From IMG/VR virus record IMGVR_UViG_3300032325_000432, positions 6,822 through 70,821 of that record: DNA of 64,000 nt, one strand, 5' to 3'. Source of the stretch: a virus. Position 1 is the first letter of the stretch, and every line of letters starts with the position of its first letter. Below the pieces are notes generated by a model that was not told the DNA's origin, searched no databases, and was given only the letters and a program-made list of their open reading frames with translations. Below are positions 9,474 through 17,428 of the stretch, piece after piece. A program made the translations under genes and the position numbers.

Positions 9474-9878
9474 ATGGGAAAAGGTCAAAAGTCTTGTGAT
9501 AAGTGTGGAGCTACTACAGGCCCGCGAGCTTATATGTGTCCTAAGTGCAATACTCCGTTTGTTTTTAAGGTAAAAAGCAAAGAAGCAAAGAACACAAAGA
9601 TCATTAGAGATTTTAACTGGAAAGAACTTGTTAAGGGTGATCGTATCAGAGTTGGTGGAGGCCCATATTTTGCAAAAGGTGCTGAGTTTATTCCGATGGG
9701 CTATAGGGGTCGTTTTGTTGTGGAAGGGATTGACCAGCATGGGATTAAAGCATGGGGTGTAGACAAGAACCAGGGTTTCTGTCACATCTATATGGGGCCA
9801 GATATTCAGAACAAAGAAACTGGGGTTTGGAAGATTAAACACAAGCTTATGAAACTCAAACAAAAGGTGGAGGCGTAA
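9474..9878 (+). CDS. zinc-ribbon domain protein
   Basis: CDKC...CPKC N-terminus; AGGAG RBS. Confidence 0.75.
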   Translation: MGKGQKSCDKCGATTGPRAYMCPKCNTPFVFKVKSKEAKNTKIIRDFNWKELVKGDRIRVGGGPYFAKGAEFIPMGYRGRFVVEGIDQHGIKAWGVDKNQGFCHIYMGPDIQNKETGVWKIKHKLMKLKQKVEA

Positions 9879-10159
9879 TGTCTCTTACTCAAGAACAAAG
9901 AGATCAGATAAACAATTTGCTTGATAACAGAGATAAGATGGTAGATAACCTCTATCATATTGAAAGGATTTTAAAAACTTATTTTCCAGAAGAATTTGAA
10001 CGAGCAATTCAGTTTTATCTGCCTCAGATTACCACTGCTCTTTACGAGGATAAAAAGTGGCTAAGTAGAGGCGAATACAGTTTGCAGAACACTATTGACA
10101 ATCTGCTTGAGCGGTGTAAAATTGACAATGACGGCAAGGGTACTACAAAATATCTCTAA
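9878..10159 (+). CDS. hypothetical protein
   Basis: GGAGG RBS, TAATG overlap. Confidence 0.7.
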   Translation: MSLTQEQRDQINNLLDNRDKMVDNLYHIERILKTYFPEEFERAIQFYLPQITTALYEDKKWLSRGEYSLQNTIDNLLERCKIDNDGKGTTKYL

Positions 10160-10171
10160 TTGGAACTAATA

Positions 10172-10543
10172 ATGGAAAGCTATAGTATTATTGATTTGGA
10201 AGGTTATGCAAAGTCCATGAGGGACGGTGCTGCATCATCATTTGAAAAAGACTATACAGAAAATTTAGATGATTTTATTTCTATTACTCAGGTAATCAAT
10301 ATGATCAAGAAGAATAATCTTGGTCTAGATGAGGAAGGTAACTACCTTATCAATGAAGAGATTTTCGATGATATGTTTAATGAAATTAGGGATTGGCTTT
10401 ATGGTGTTGGTCTAGCCAAGCTGGCAGCAAAAGGATTTGTAGACTGCTCATGGGATGATGAATCTAATGAAATGGTATTCTGGTTAGCGAATCAAGATAA
10501 AACAGGTATTCCAGCAAAACCCTCAAAGGATAATGATGAATAA
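10172..10543 (+). CDS. hypothetical protein, WDDE paralog family
   Basis: C-terminal LAKLAAKGFVDCSWDDESNEMVFW shared with 10533 and 27533. Confidence 0.75.
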   Translation: MESYSIIDLEGYAKSMRDGAASSFEKDYTENLDDFISITQVINMIKKNNLGLDEEGNYLINEEIFDDMFNEIRDWLYGVGLAKLAAKGFVDCSWDDESNEMVFWLANQDKTGIPAKPSKDNDE

Positions 10544-10886
10544 TTATATCAAGATCAGAAACCTGAAACTTTTTAGTAAAAGTATTAGAAAAAATGTTGC
10601 TATGGTTTTTCCCAAGAGGTATTACTATGAAATAGATGGTTTGATTTCTTTGTCTCAAACAGAACAATTGGTCAGGAAATACATTGAGCCAGGATATAAT
10701 GATGAATTTATTCTGAGCGATGAGAACTATGATCTTCTTTGTGATGAAATCAAAAAATGGATTTACAATTCAAGCTTAAGTTTAGTAGCGTCATCTGGCA
10801 TCATAGAATGTGCTTGGGATGATGAGTCTAGTGAAATGTTTTTTTGGCATCCAGAATCAAACGAAACCTTTAATATTGCAAAGTAA
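10533..10886 (+). CDS. hypothetical protein, WDDE paralog family
   Basis: LSLVASSGIIECAWDDESSEMFFW. Confidence 0.75.
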   Translation: MMNNYIKIRNLKLFSKSIRKNVAMVFPKRYYYEIDGLISLSQTEQLVRKYIEPGYNDEFILSDENYDLLCDEIKKWIYNSSLSLVASSGIIECAWDDESSEMFFWHPESNETFNIAK

Positions 10887-10888
10887 TT

Positions 10889-11044
10889 ATGTCAAAACAA
10901 GAAATACAAGAACTAAAAGATCAAATACATGACTTGAAGGAATATCTATATTCTGATTTGTGTAAGGCTTGCGGAGATGCAGCATTATCTCTAGATAAAA
11001 TTAATCAAAGACTAATCGAACTAGAGTCACAACAAAATTCCTAA
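10889..11044 (+). CDS. small coiled-coil protein with CxxC (51 aa)
   Basis: translated by hand: MSKQEIQELKDQ...LCKACG...; fills the gap. Confidence 0.5.
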   Translation: MSKQEIQELKDQIHDLKEYLYSDLCKACGDAALSLDKINQRLIELESQQNS

Positions 11045-11049
11045 AGGTC

Positions 11050-11078
11050 TTGACAGTGGTTGGTCGATAGAGTACAAT
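11050..11078 (+). promoter_or_regulatory. sigma70-type promoter of tRNA-Ile
   Basis: TTGACA-17 bp-TACAAT, GTCGATA in spacer, 13 nt before the tRNA. Confidence 0.8.
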
Positions 11079-11091
11079 AGGAAAACAACAC

Positions 11092-11167
11092 GGGGCGTAA
11101 GGTAAGCCGGTAGCATCCGTCACTCTTATAAGGTGATCATAGGTACGTTCGACTCGTACACGCCCTA
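11092..11167 (+). tRNA. trnI: tRNA-Ile (anticodon UAU)
   Basis: acceptor GGGGCGT/ACGCCCT, anticodon stem TCACT/GGTGA with loop CTTATAA, T arm GTACG-TTCGACT-CGTAC, discriminator A; atypical A8 and D arm; CCA not encoded. Confidence 0.85.
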
Positions 11168-11176
11168 CTTTAATAC

Positions 11177-11428
11177 ATGGATTTGTTTATGAAACTACAA
11201 CCACTAACGGTAATATTTTTAGGATTATTTCTAGCATCATTAGGATTTAACCTATTACAGTTTCAAAACATCAAAAGACTAACTTATCAAATCCAAAAAA
11301 TGGAGGCTGGGCCAGCTAGAGGTTTGTTTCTGCAACCAGAAATGCCAAAATCTCCGATAAGTGATGAAGAATTAAAAGAGTTGATGGAACGAATTCTCAA
11401 GAAAATGAAACAAGAAAGAATGGTGTAG
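11177..11428 (+). CDS. membrane-anchored hypothetical protein
   Basis: N-terminal hydrophobic helix VIFLGLFLASLGFNLL. Confidence 0.6.
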   Translation: MDLFMKLQPLTVIFLGLFLASLGFNLLQFQNIKRLTYQIQKMEAGPARGLFLQPEMPKSPISDEELKELMERILKKMKQERMV

Positions 11429-11437
11429 ATAAAACAC

Positions 11438-11787
11438 GGGCTAGTAAAGGTATCGACAGGTAAAATAGGTATAGATCGCATCGACTGGTTAATCGACCGG
11501 CCAGTTTAAAAGTCGATTAAAATTGTTAATTGGCGAAGTAACTCTCGCTCTCGCTGCCTAATTAGTTAGGTATTGAGTGGGGCGGCATGAGCCTTATTAC
11601 CAAATCATGCTGACTCCGATATTCGGATATGGTAGTCCTACCAGACATAAATAGGAATGATGATTGTACTCAATCTGACGCAGATAACTCTGATAGCTTT
11701 GTTGGTAGTGTGATAACAACCAACTAACGATGTAGAAGTTTATATTGATGTTTATTCTGGACGGCAGTTCGACTCTGCCCTAGTCCA
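11438..11787 (+). ncRNA. ssrA: tmRNA (transfer-messenger RNA)
   Basis: 5' GGGCTAG...GGTATCGAC; 3' GGCAG-TTCGACT-CTGCC-CTAGTCCA with G3-U70; PK1 around 11484-11520; tag frame 11532-11561 GEVTLALAA-stop. Confidence 0.95.
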
Positions 11788-11796
11788 CTTAATATT

Positions 11797-12144
11797 ATGA
11801 GAAAAATTTGTACTTACTGTGGAAAGCGTAAAAACCTAGCAAGTTTTCCCAAGCATAGTATGTACAAAGACAATCTGGATAGCAGATGTAGAAAGTGTGT
11901 TAAGAAACATTCTAAGATACGAGTTAAGCTACATAAAAAAGCCCCCCCAAGACCAGAAGTTTGTGAATGTTGTAAAAAAGTTCCATATAAATGGGCTTTA
12001 GATCATGATCATGATGATAATAGTTTTAGGGGCTGGCTCTGTGAACCTTGCAATACTGGCATAGGTAAACTTGGAGATGATTTTCAGAGTATCGTTAACG
12101 CTATGAATTATTTTCTCTCAAGACAAAAGCGATATGAAAAATAA
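11797..12144 (+). CDS. recombination endonuclease VII-family (HNH-like) nuclease
   Basis: CECC...LDHDH...RGWLCEPCNTGIG plus N-terminal CxxC finger. Confidence 0.85.
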   Translation: MRKICTYCGKRKNLASFPKHSMYKDNLDSRCRKCVKKHSKIRVKLHKKAPPRPEVCECCKKVPYKWALDHDHDDNSFRGWLCEPCNTGIGKLGDDFQSIVNAMNYFLSRQKRYEK

Positions 12145-12349
12145 GATTAGAGAACATCTAACGGAAAATGATATGACGTATTATCAGCACTTTAAATTTG
12201 CTGTATTTTTTGGATGTTTATCTTTAGTTGCTGGGTTTTGTTTAATAGTTCATGCGTTTTTTCCATGCTGGTTTCAAACTTCTGGCAGCGATTTGGTTCA
12301 GTCTATGGCTATCGTGTTTAAGAAACGAAGTCGATTAGACGATACTTGA
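12134..12349 (+). CDS. small membrane protein (DUF6356-like)
   Basis: HL.E..MTYYQHFKFA...VHAFFP pattern. Confidence 0.7.
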   Translation: MKNKIREHLTENDMTYYQHFKFAVFFGCLSLVAGFCLIVHAFFPCWFQTSGSDLVQSMAIVFKKRSRLDDT

Positions 12350-12374
12350 CAGAGGGGCTACCCTATGGTAGAAT
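12346..12374 (+). promoter_or_regulatory. sigma70-type promoter of ligase
   Basis: TTGACA-17 bp-TAGAAT with TG extension; GACGATA immediately upstream. Confidence 0.75.
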
Positions 12375-12399
12375 TGGGACAACACAGGAGAAAATAAAA

Positions 12400-13701
12400 A
12401 TGTCGTTTGAGCATCTTAATGGTTTTGTTCGTGATTTGAAGGCAACCAGCAGCACACTTGATAAGGTTGGAATTATTGAGGATTATACTGCCTCTAATGA
12501 GAGTGGAGCAAACTTTATCAAGAAAATTCTGCTCTATACCTACCATCCTCTTTGGCAATATAATGTGACCAGCGATAATCTTAAAAAGAAAAAGCATCTG
12601 CGTGGTCATGCTTATGATTGTATTTTTAAGCTTTTGGATGATCTAAAGAGTAGGAAGATTACTGGACATGATGCCATTGGAGCAGTAAATACGTTCATTG
12701 ATAACCAAAGAGAATACGAAGAACTCGTCCACTGTATCATTGATAAAGATTTGAAAACCCGTGCTGGAGATAAGCTAATTAATAAGGCTATTCCAGATCA
12801 TATTCCAACATTTAGTGTCGCCCTAGCGGACAAATATGTTCCTAAAATTGTAGACTGGAAGGATGGATGGTATGTTAGCAGAAAGATCGACGGTGCTAGA
12901 TGTATTGCTATTGTTGATGGTAATGGTGATACTACCTTTTATTCCCGCACGGGAAAAAACTTTGATACTCTTGGTGTTGTTGGCGACGGCATTAAAGCTT
13001 TGGGACTTACTAATGTAGTTCTTGATGGTGAGCTTTGTTTGGTTGATGAAGATGGTAACGAGGATTTCCAAGGAGTAATGAAGGAACTTCGTAAGAAGGA
13101 TCATACCATCCCTAATCCATCATATAAGATTTTTGACATGATTACTCATGATGAGTTTTATAGTCAGAAAGGCGAAAAGAATCGACCATTCGGCATTAGG
13201 CTGAAGAATCTCACTGAAATCATGAAGAAGAATGAATGTCCTTGTCTTACACTGTTGGAACAATCTTTGGTGAAGGATGAGAGCCATTTTCAAGAATGGA
13301 TAGCAAAATCTACACAGAATTCTTGGGAAGGATTGATTTTAAGAGCAGACGAACTTTATAAGGGAAAACGATCAAAAGATATGCTTAAATGGAAATCATT
13401 CAATGATGCAGAGTATGTCGTTTCTGATGTTGAGTTTGGGCCATTTAGATATGTCTTGAATGGTCAAGAAAAAGAAGAGGAAATGCTATCTTGTGTTACA
13501 ATTAAACACAAAGGATATAATGTTAGAGTTGGAAGTGGATTTTCAATAGAACAAAGACAATATTTTTACAAAAATCCTAAAGAAATTCTAGGAAAAATTA
13601 TTAGAGTTAATTATTTTGAAGAAACTAACAACCAAGATGGCGGTATTTCATTAAGATTTCCGACGTTGGCTTATATTTATGGTGATAGTAGGGATATTTA
13701 A
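12400..13701 (+). CDS. lig: ATP-dependent DNA ligase
   Basis: KIDGAR (motif I), LDGEL, IFD, WEGLILR, VGSGFS, SLRFP; AGGAG RBS before ATG 12400. Confidence 0.95.
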   Translation: MSFEHLNGFVRDLKATSSTLDKVGIIEDYTASNESGANFIKKILLYTYHPLWQYNVTSDNLKKKKHLRGHAYDCIFKLLDDLKSRKITGHDAIGAVNTFIDNQREYEELVHCIIDKDLKTRAGDKLINKAIPDHIPTFSVALADKYVPKIVDWKDGWYVSRKIDGARCIAIVDGNGDTTFYSRTGKNFDTLGVVGDGIKALGLTNVVLDGELCLVDEDGNEDFQGVMKELRKKDHTIPNPSYKIFDMITHDEFYSQKGEKNRPFGIRLKNLTEIMKKNECPCLTLLEQSLVKDESHFQEWIAKSTQNSWEGLILRADELYKGKRSKDMLKWKSFNDAEYVVSDVEFGPFRYVLNGQEKEEEMLSCVTIKHKGYNVRVGSGFSIEQRQYFYKNPKEILGKIIRVNYFEETNNQDGGISLRFPTLAYIYGDSRDI

Positions 13702-13737
13702 TAGTCCCATTTCATTTTGGTGTAAGTATAATATACT

Positions 13738-14391
13738 ATGAAAAAATGCACAAAATGTCATATAAATAAGTCTTTAAAAGAATTCAATAAAAAACATACA
13801 TCTCCAGATGGTTATAGGACTTATTGCAGGGTTTGTTCTAAGAAATATAACAATGAACGTCAAAAACAAATTATCTATAAAACAGCTTATCAAAAAAGAT
13901 GTCTTAAATGTAATAAAAAAAGACTCACCAAATTTTTTCATAAATGTATACATAATAAAGACGGATGCAATTCTTGGTGTTTAGATTGTGTCTCTTTGTA
14001 TAAAAAAGACTATAATCAAAAAAACAGAAAACATAGAAATAAATATTTAAAAAATAGATTAAAACAAAATCCTTCTTTAAGATTAATCAAAAACTATAGA
14101 ACGAGAATTGGCATAGCATTTAAAAATTCTAATAAATCAAAATCAACAGAGCAATTATTGGGTTGTTCATTAGAGTATTTTCAAAATCATATAATCAATC
14201 AATTCAATAAAGACATGACGATAGAAAATTATGGGAAATGGCATATTGATCATATAATTCCTATTAGTTCTGCTAAATCAAAGAAAGAATTAGAGCAATT
14301 ATGTCACTATACAAATTTACAACCATTGTGGGCAATAGACAACATCAAGAAAAGTAATAAGATTCTTCATGGAGAAGAAAGAGACATCTAA
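13738..14391 (+). CDS. HNH homing-type endonuclease
   Basis: two CxxC finger repeats; WHIDHIIP...HYTNLQPLWAIDNIKK; C-terminus mimics the ligase end. Confidence 0.88.
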   Translation: MKKCTKCHINKSLKEFNKKHTSPDGYRTYCRVCSKKYNNERQKQIIYKTAYQKRCLKCNKKRLTKFFHKCIHNKDGCNSWCLDCVSLYKKDYNQKNRKHRNKYLKNRLKQNPSLRLIKNYRTRIGIAFKNSNKSKSTEQLLGCSLEYFQNHIINQFNKDMTIENYGKWHIDHIIPISSAKSKKELEQLCHYTNLQPLWAIDNIKKSNKILHGEERDI

Positions 14392-14446
14392 TTGATCAGT
14401 TTCCGGTATGGTGTATTAAATTGTCCCGCCTTACTGGAGACATTAA

Positions 14447-14857
14447 ATGATCAAAGTTATTCTTCGCTCTATTATATATCCGTGGTTTATTTTATTTGTA
14501 GGATTTTCCATAGGTTTTATCTGTAATTCTGAATGGTTCGGCTGCAAGTATGTTCTTGTAGAAAGATCAGTAAGGAATATATTTTTCCCAATAAAATATG
14601 ATGAACAAGTAGAGCAGTGGGTAAAATCCAATGGACGATTAAGATTGTGGGCTAATTTAGAGTGCCCAGAATATTTTGAAGTTATTCATGAGTTTGTTAA
14701 AGGAGAGGAGCATTACTGGGCTATTTATAAGACCAGAGATAGCAAAGGTAAAGAAATTAAAGACATTGGTAGTGTGAGAGTTAAGTGGAAAACATGGGAA
14801 TACTACTATAAATTAGACGAGATTATAGATAAGTATGGTTCTAGGAAATTAGATTGA
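14447..14857 (+). CDS. membrane-anchored hypothetical protein
   Basis: GGAG RBS, N-terminal TM helix. Confidence 0.65.
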   Translation: MIKVILRSIIYPWFILFVGFSIGFICNSEWFGCKYVLVERSVRNIFFPIKYDEQVEQWVKSNGRLRLWANLECPEYFEVIHEFVKGEEHYWAIYKTRDSKGKEIKDIGSVRVKWKTWEYYYKLDEIIDKYGSRKLD

Positions 14858-14872
14858 TTCAAGATGCGGGGC

Positions 14873-14901
14873 TTGACAAGACGATAGGACTAGTGTAGAA
14901 T
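14873..14901 (+). promoter_or_regulatory. sigma70-type promoter with GACGATA box
   Basis: TTGACA-17 bp-TAGAAT. Confidence 0.8.
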
Positions 14902-14938
14902 CGCAGTATACACTTTGGAACTAACTTTTGAGGACACT

Positions 14939-15637
14939 ATGACAGAGATTGTTGTTGAGAAAAAGCCGATTGTGATGAGTACGAGCAAAGCCGATGAGTT
15001 TTTCAAGAATTTCCCCAAGGATAAGGTAGTAGCATATAAGGACTATTGGGAGAGTGTTCGTCCTAAGACCGATGAAGATATTTTCCGTCGCTATCTCTTT
15101 GCATATTGCTCCGTTCATACAACTTGGCAAGGCAATGTCAAGGGATATAATGCTATCAAGAATTTTAGCGAGTGGCTGGACAGTAAAGAAATTCTTTTGG
15201 AGAAACTTCACAAGAGCGGCGTTGGTCTGCACAATAATCGTACCAATTACATCTGGGATTTTAGCACCAAGTTTTGGGCCAACCCTAAAGACTTTTATCT
15301 GACCACTAAGAAGTATCATGTTAAGAAACGAGACAGTATTCTTACTAAGATTAGTGGTATTGGTCTTGCTAAAATTAGCTTTGCTCTTGAGATGATTCAT
15401 CCTAATGAGGCAAGAGTATTGTGTGGAGACATTCATCAGCTTAGACTTTACGATGTTGAGGCTCTTAAATATAATAAGAGTAAGGTTGGGTCACAGACTT
15501 ATAAAAAGATGGAGCGGCACTGGATGGTTAACTGCGGCAAGTTGAAAGTACCATCTTATGTAGCAAGGTCGATCTATTGGGATGATCTTCAAAAGAAGGA
15601 AGATAGTCGCTACTGGAGTTATGTTCTGGAGAGTTAA
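14939..15637 (+). CDS. HhH-GPD superfamily DNA glycosylase/AP lyase-like protein
   Basis: ISGIGLAKISFAL helix-hairpin-helix followed by VLCGDIH (catalytic Asp position). Confidence 0.7.
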   Translation: MTEIVVEKKPIVMSTSKADEFFKNFPKDKVVAYKDYWESVRPKTDEDIFRRYLFAYCSVHTTWQGNVKGYNAIKNFSEWLDSKEILLEKLHKSGVGLHNNRTNYIWDFSTKFWANPKDFYLTTKKYHVKKRDSILTKISGIGLAKISFALEMIHPNEARVLCGDIHQLRLYDVEALKYNKSKVGSQTYKKMERHWMVNCGKLKVPSYVARSIYWDDLQKKEDSRYWSYVLES

Positions 15638-15639
15638 TC

Positions 15640-15765
15640 ATGCAGAATGGTAAGGGTTCTAAAAGGCGAGAGAGTTTGGTTTCTCAAGAGACTTGGGACA
15701 AAAACTACGAAAGAATTTTTAGAAAGAAAAAAGATGGGAAGCGTAACAAATCTAAAAGAAAATAA
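15640..15765 (+). CDS. small basic phage protein (41 aa)
   Basis: translated by hand: MQNGKGSKRR...WDKNYERIF; GGAG RBS. Confidence 0.6.
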   Translation: MQNGKGSKRRESLVSQETWDKNYERIFRKKKDGKRNKSKRK

Positions 15766-16012
15766 GACACTGTTTATTCCGTGTTCTTGTAAGAGCGAGA
15801 TTTTAGTAATTGAATATGATCATGAAATAGATATAGCTGATCTGGCAATATTTGAACATTATACAAATTATAGCAATAAGATGTCATTTTGGCAGAGACT
15901 ACGATATTGTTTTCAGGTTTTGGTACATAAAAAGCCTTATGCTGATCAGATGGTACTAGATAAAAAACAACTCAAAGATTTGCAAAAATTCCTAAATGAA
16001 CTTAACTTATAA
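15734..16012 (+). CDS. hypothetical protein
   Basis: start moved to MGSV; FIPCSC...FWQRLRYC pattern. Confidence 0.65.
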   Translation: MGSVTNLKENKTLFIPCSCKSEILVIEYDHEIDIADLAIFEHYTNYSNKMSFWQRLRYCFQVLVHKKPYADQMVLDKKQLKDLQKFLNELNL

Positions 16013-16060
16013 GGTGTATATTATAAGGTTGTCAAAAAATTCATACCAAGGAGGCTAATC

Positions 16061-16276
16061 ATGGTTGTCAGAACAGAGACAGAATACATGAACGATCAAT
16101 TAGCTAACAGAGTTAAGTCTCTTCAAAAAGCTTTAAATCAAGCTGAAACAATAATGAATACCCTTGAGTCAGAAAATCAAAGACTAAAAGACGTTCTTGC
16201 TAACCTAGCGTCAGAAAATAATGAAGGTTACATTCTCGATAGCGAGTCCTTTAATGAGCCAGTGTTTACAGTCTAA
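16061..16276 (+). CDS. coiled-coil hypothetical protein
   Basis: AAGGAGG RBS; GGTGTA motif at 16013. Confidence 0.7.
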   Translation: MVVRTETEYMNDQLANRVKSLQKALNQAETIMNTLESENQRLKDVLANLASENNEGYILDSESFNEPVFTV

Positions 16277-16535
16277 GAATAAGAACAAAAGAATAATAAC
16301 ACAAATTGGTGAATATGAATACTTGATTGAGGGTGAAAGCGATTGGGCGAAATTCTGTTGTGAGTCAGATATTTCAGTAATAACTTCTGCTAATTTAGAT
16401 GGTGGGCCATTCCTATTAATTGGTGATTCTTTTTTAGGCAAGGGCAGAATATCATCTATGCAGAATATTGACAGTGGGCGAGATGGGTATATAATAATTA
16501 AGGTTACTCTATACTCACCAAAGGAAAAATCATGA
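16254..16535 (+). CDS. hypothetical protein
   Basis: YLIEGES...LDGGPFL pattern. Confidence 0.6.
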   Translation: MSQCLQSKNKNKRIITQIGEYEYLIEGESDWAKFCCESDISVITSANLDGGPFLLIGDSFLGKGRISSMQNIDSGRDGYIIIKVTLYSPKEKS

Positions 16536-16654
16536 TACCAGAACTAGCTACCGTTGTCGGATACTATCAAGCAATGTTAATCTCTGGATATAACGAATAT
16601 CAAATTCAACAAATTATTAAGGGGTCTACCTATGAGCCAACTTCACAAGAGTAA
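16532..16654 (+). CDS. small hypothetical protein (40 aa)
   Basis: AAGGA RBS, ATGA overlap; translated by hand. Confidence 0.4.
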   Translation: MIPELATVVGYYQAMLISGYNEYQIQQIIKGSTYEPTSQE

Positions 16655-16820
16655 TAAGAACAGAGTTTTCTTGGGAGTGTGTGGGGGATTATCAGAAAGT
16701 CTAGGTCTAGATGTTTCTGTAGTAAGACTAGGATTTGTTGCTGGAGCTATCTTTACTGGTAGTATTCTTTTTTGGGTATATCTGCTTTTAGCTCTTGTTT
16801 TACCAACACAAGATAACTAG
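16632..16820 (+). CDS. PspC-domain membrane protein
   Basis: LHKS..NRVFLGVCGGLSE.LG.D...VRL followed by a TM helix. Confidence 0.85.
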   Translation: MSQLHKSNKNRVFLGVCGGLSESLGLDVSVVRLGFVAGAIFTGSILFWVYLLLALVLPTQDN

Positions 16821-16954
16821 TATCAGTATTTTCCTATCTTCTCCAGTTGTTCTTCCAACTGTGATCAATCGACCAGTAATATCTCCTACTTGGTCGATTT
16901 GGTGTATTTTATTCTGATAGATTGACCAATATCTTATCAGGAATACTAATTACC

Positions 16955-17428
16955 ATGAGTACTAGAATAAAAACCATCATTGTTTTTGGTCTTATTTTAC
17001 TTCTGGTATACAAAGAATATCGACCCCAAAATATCCCTACCATAATAGACAAGATACCAAAGATAGTTGTTCCAGATCTTAAAGACAACATAGTATATGA
17101 TGATTTAAATAAAAGTATAGAGTTAGCTTCTAAGCATAATAGAAAAGTATTGATTATTTTTGGTGCTGATTGGTGTCCGTATTGTAAGACATTAAAAAAA
17201 GATATCTCCTCATTGTTTATTCAAAAATATGTAGTTTCTATTATAGACATAGATAAAAATTCTGATATTGTGGACGAGTTTAAAATAAAAGGACTTCCCA
17301 CTTCCGTTGTGGTAGACTCCAATAAGAAAGAACTTGCAAGAAACATAGGATATAAAAAACAAGAATATGAAGATTGGTTAAAACAAAATATCACAGATCT
17401 TAGTGCGTCATGGATAGATACAAAGTAA
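16955..17428 (+). CDS. membrane-anchored thioredoxin-family protein
   Basis: FGADWCPYC and GLPT motifs; N-terminal hydrophobic segment. Confidence 0.85.
   Translation: MSTRIKTIIVFGLILLLVYKEYRPQNIPTIIDKIPKIVVPDLKDNIVYDDLNKSIELASKHNRKVLIIFGADWCPYCKTLKKDISSLFIQKYVVSIIDIDKNSDIVDEFKIKGLPTSVVVDSNKKELARNIGYKKQEYEDWLKQNITDLSASWIDTK

Noticed and set aside
15647-15733. N-terminal extension of ORF 15647-16012
   Set aside because: better explained by a separate 41-aa gene (15640-15765) in another frame, with the downstream gene starting at 15734
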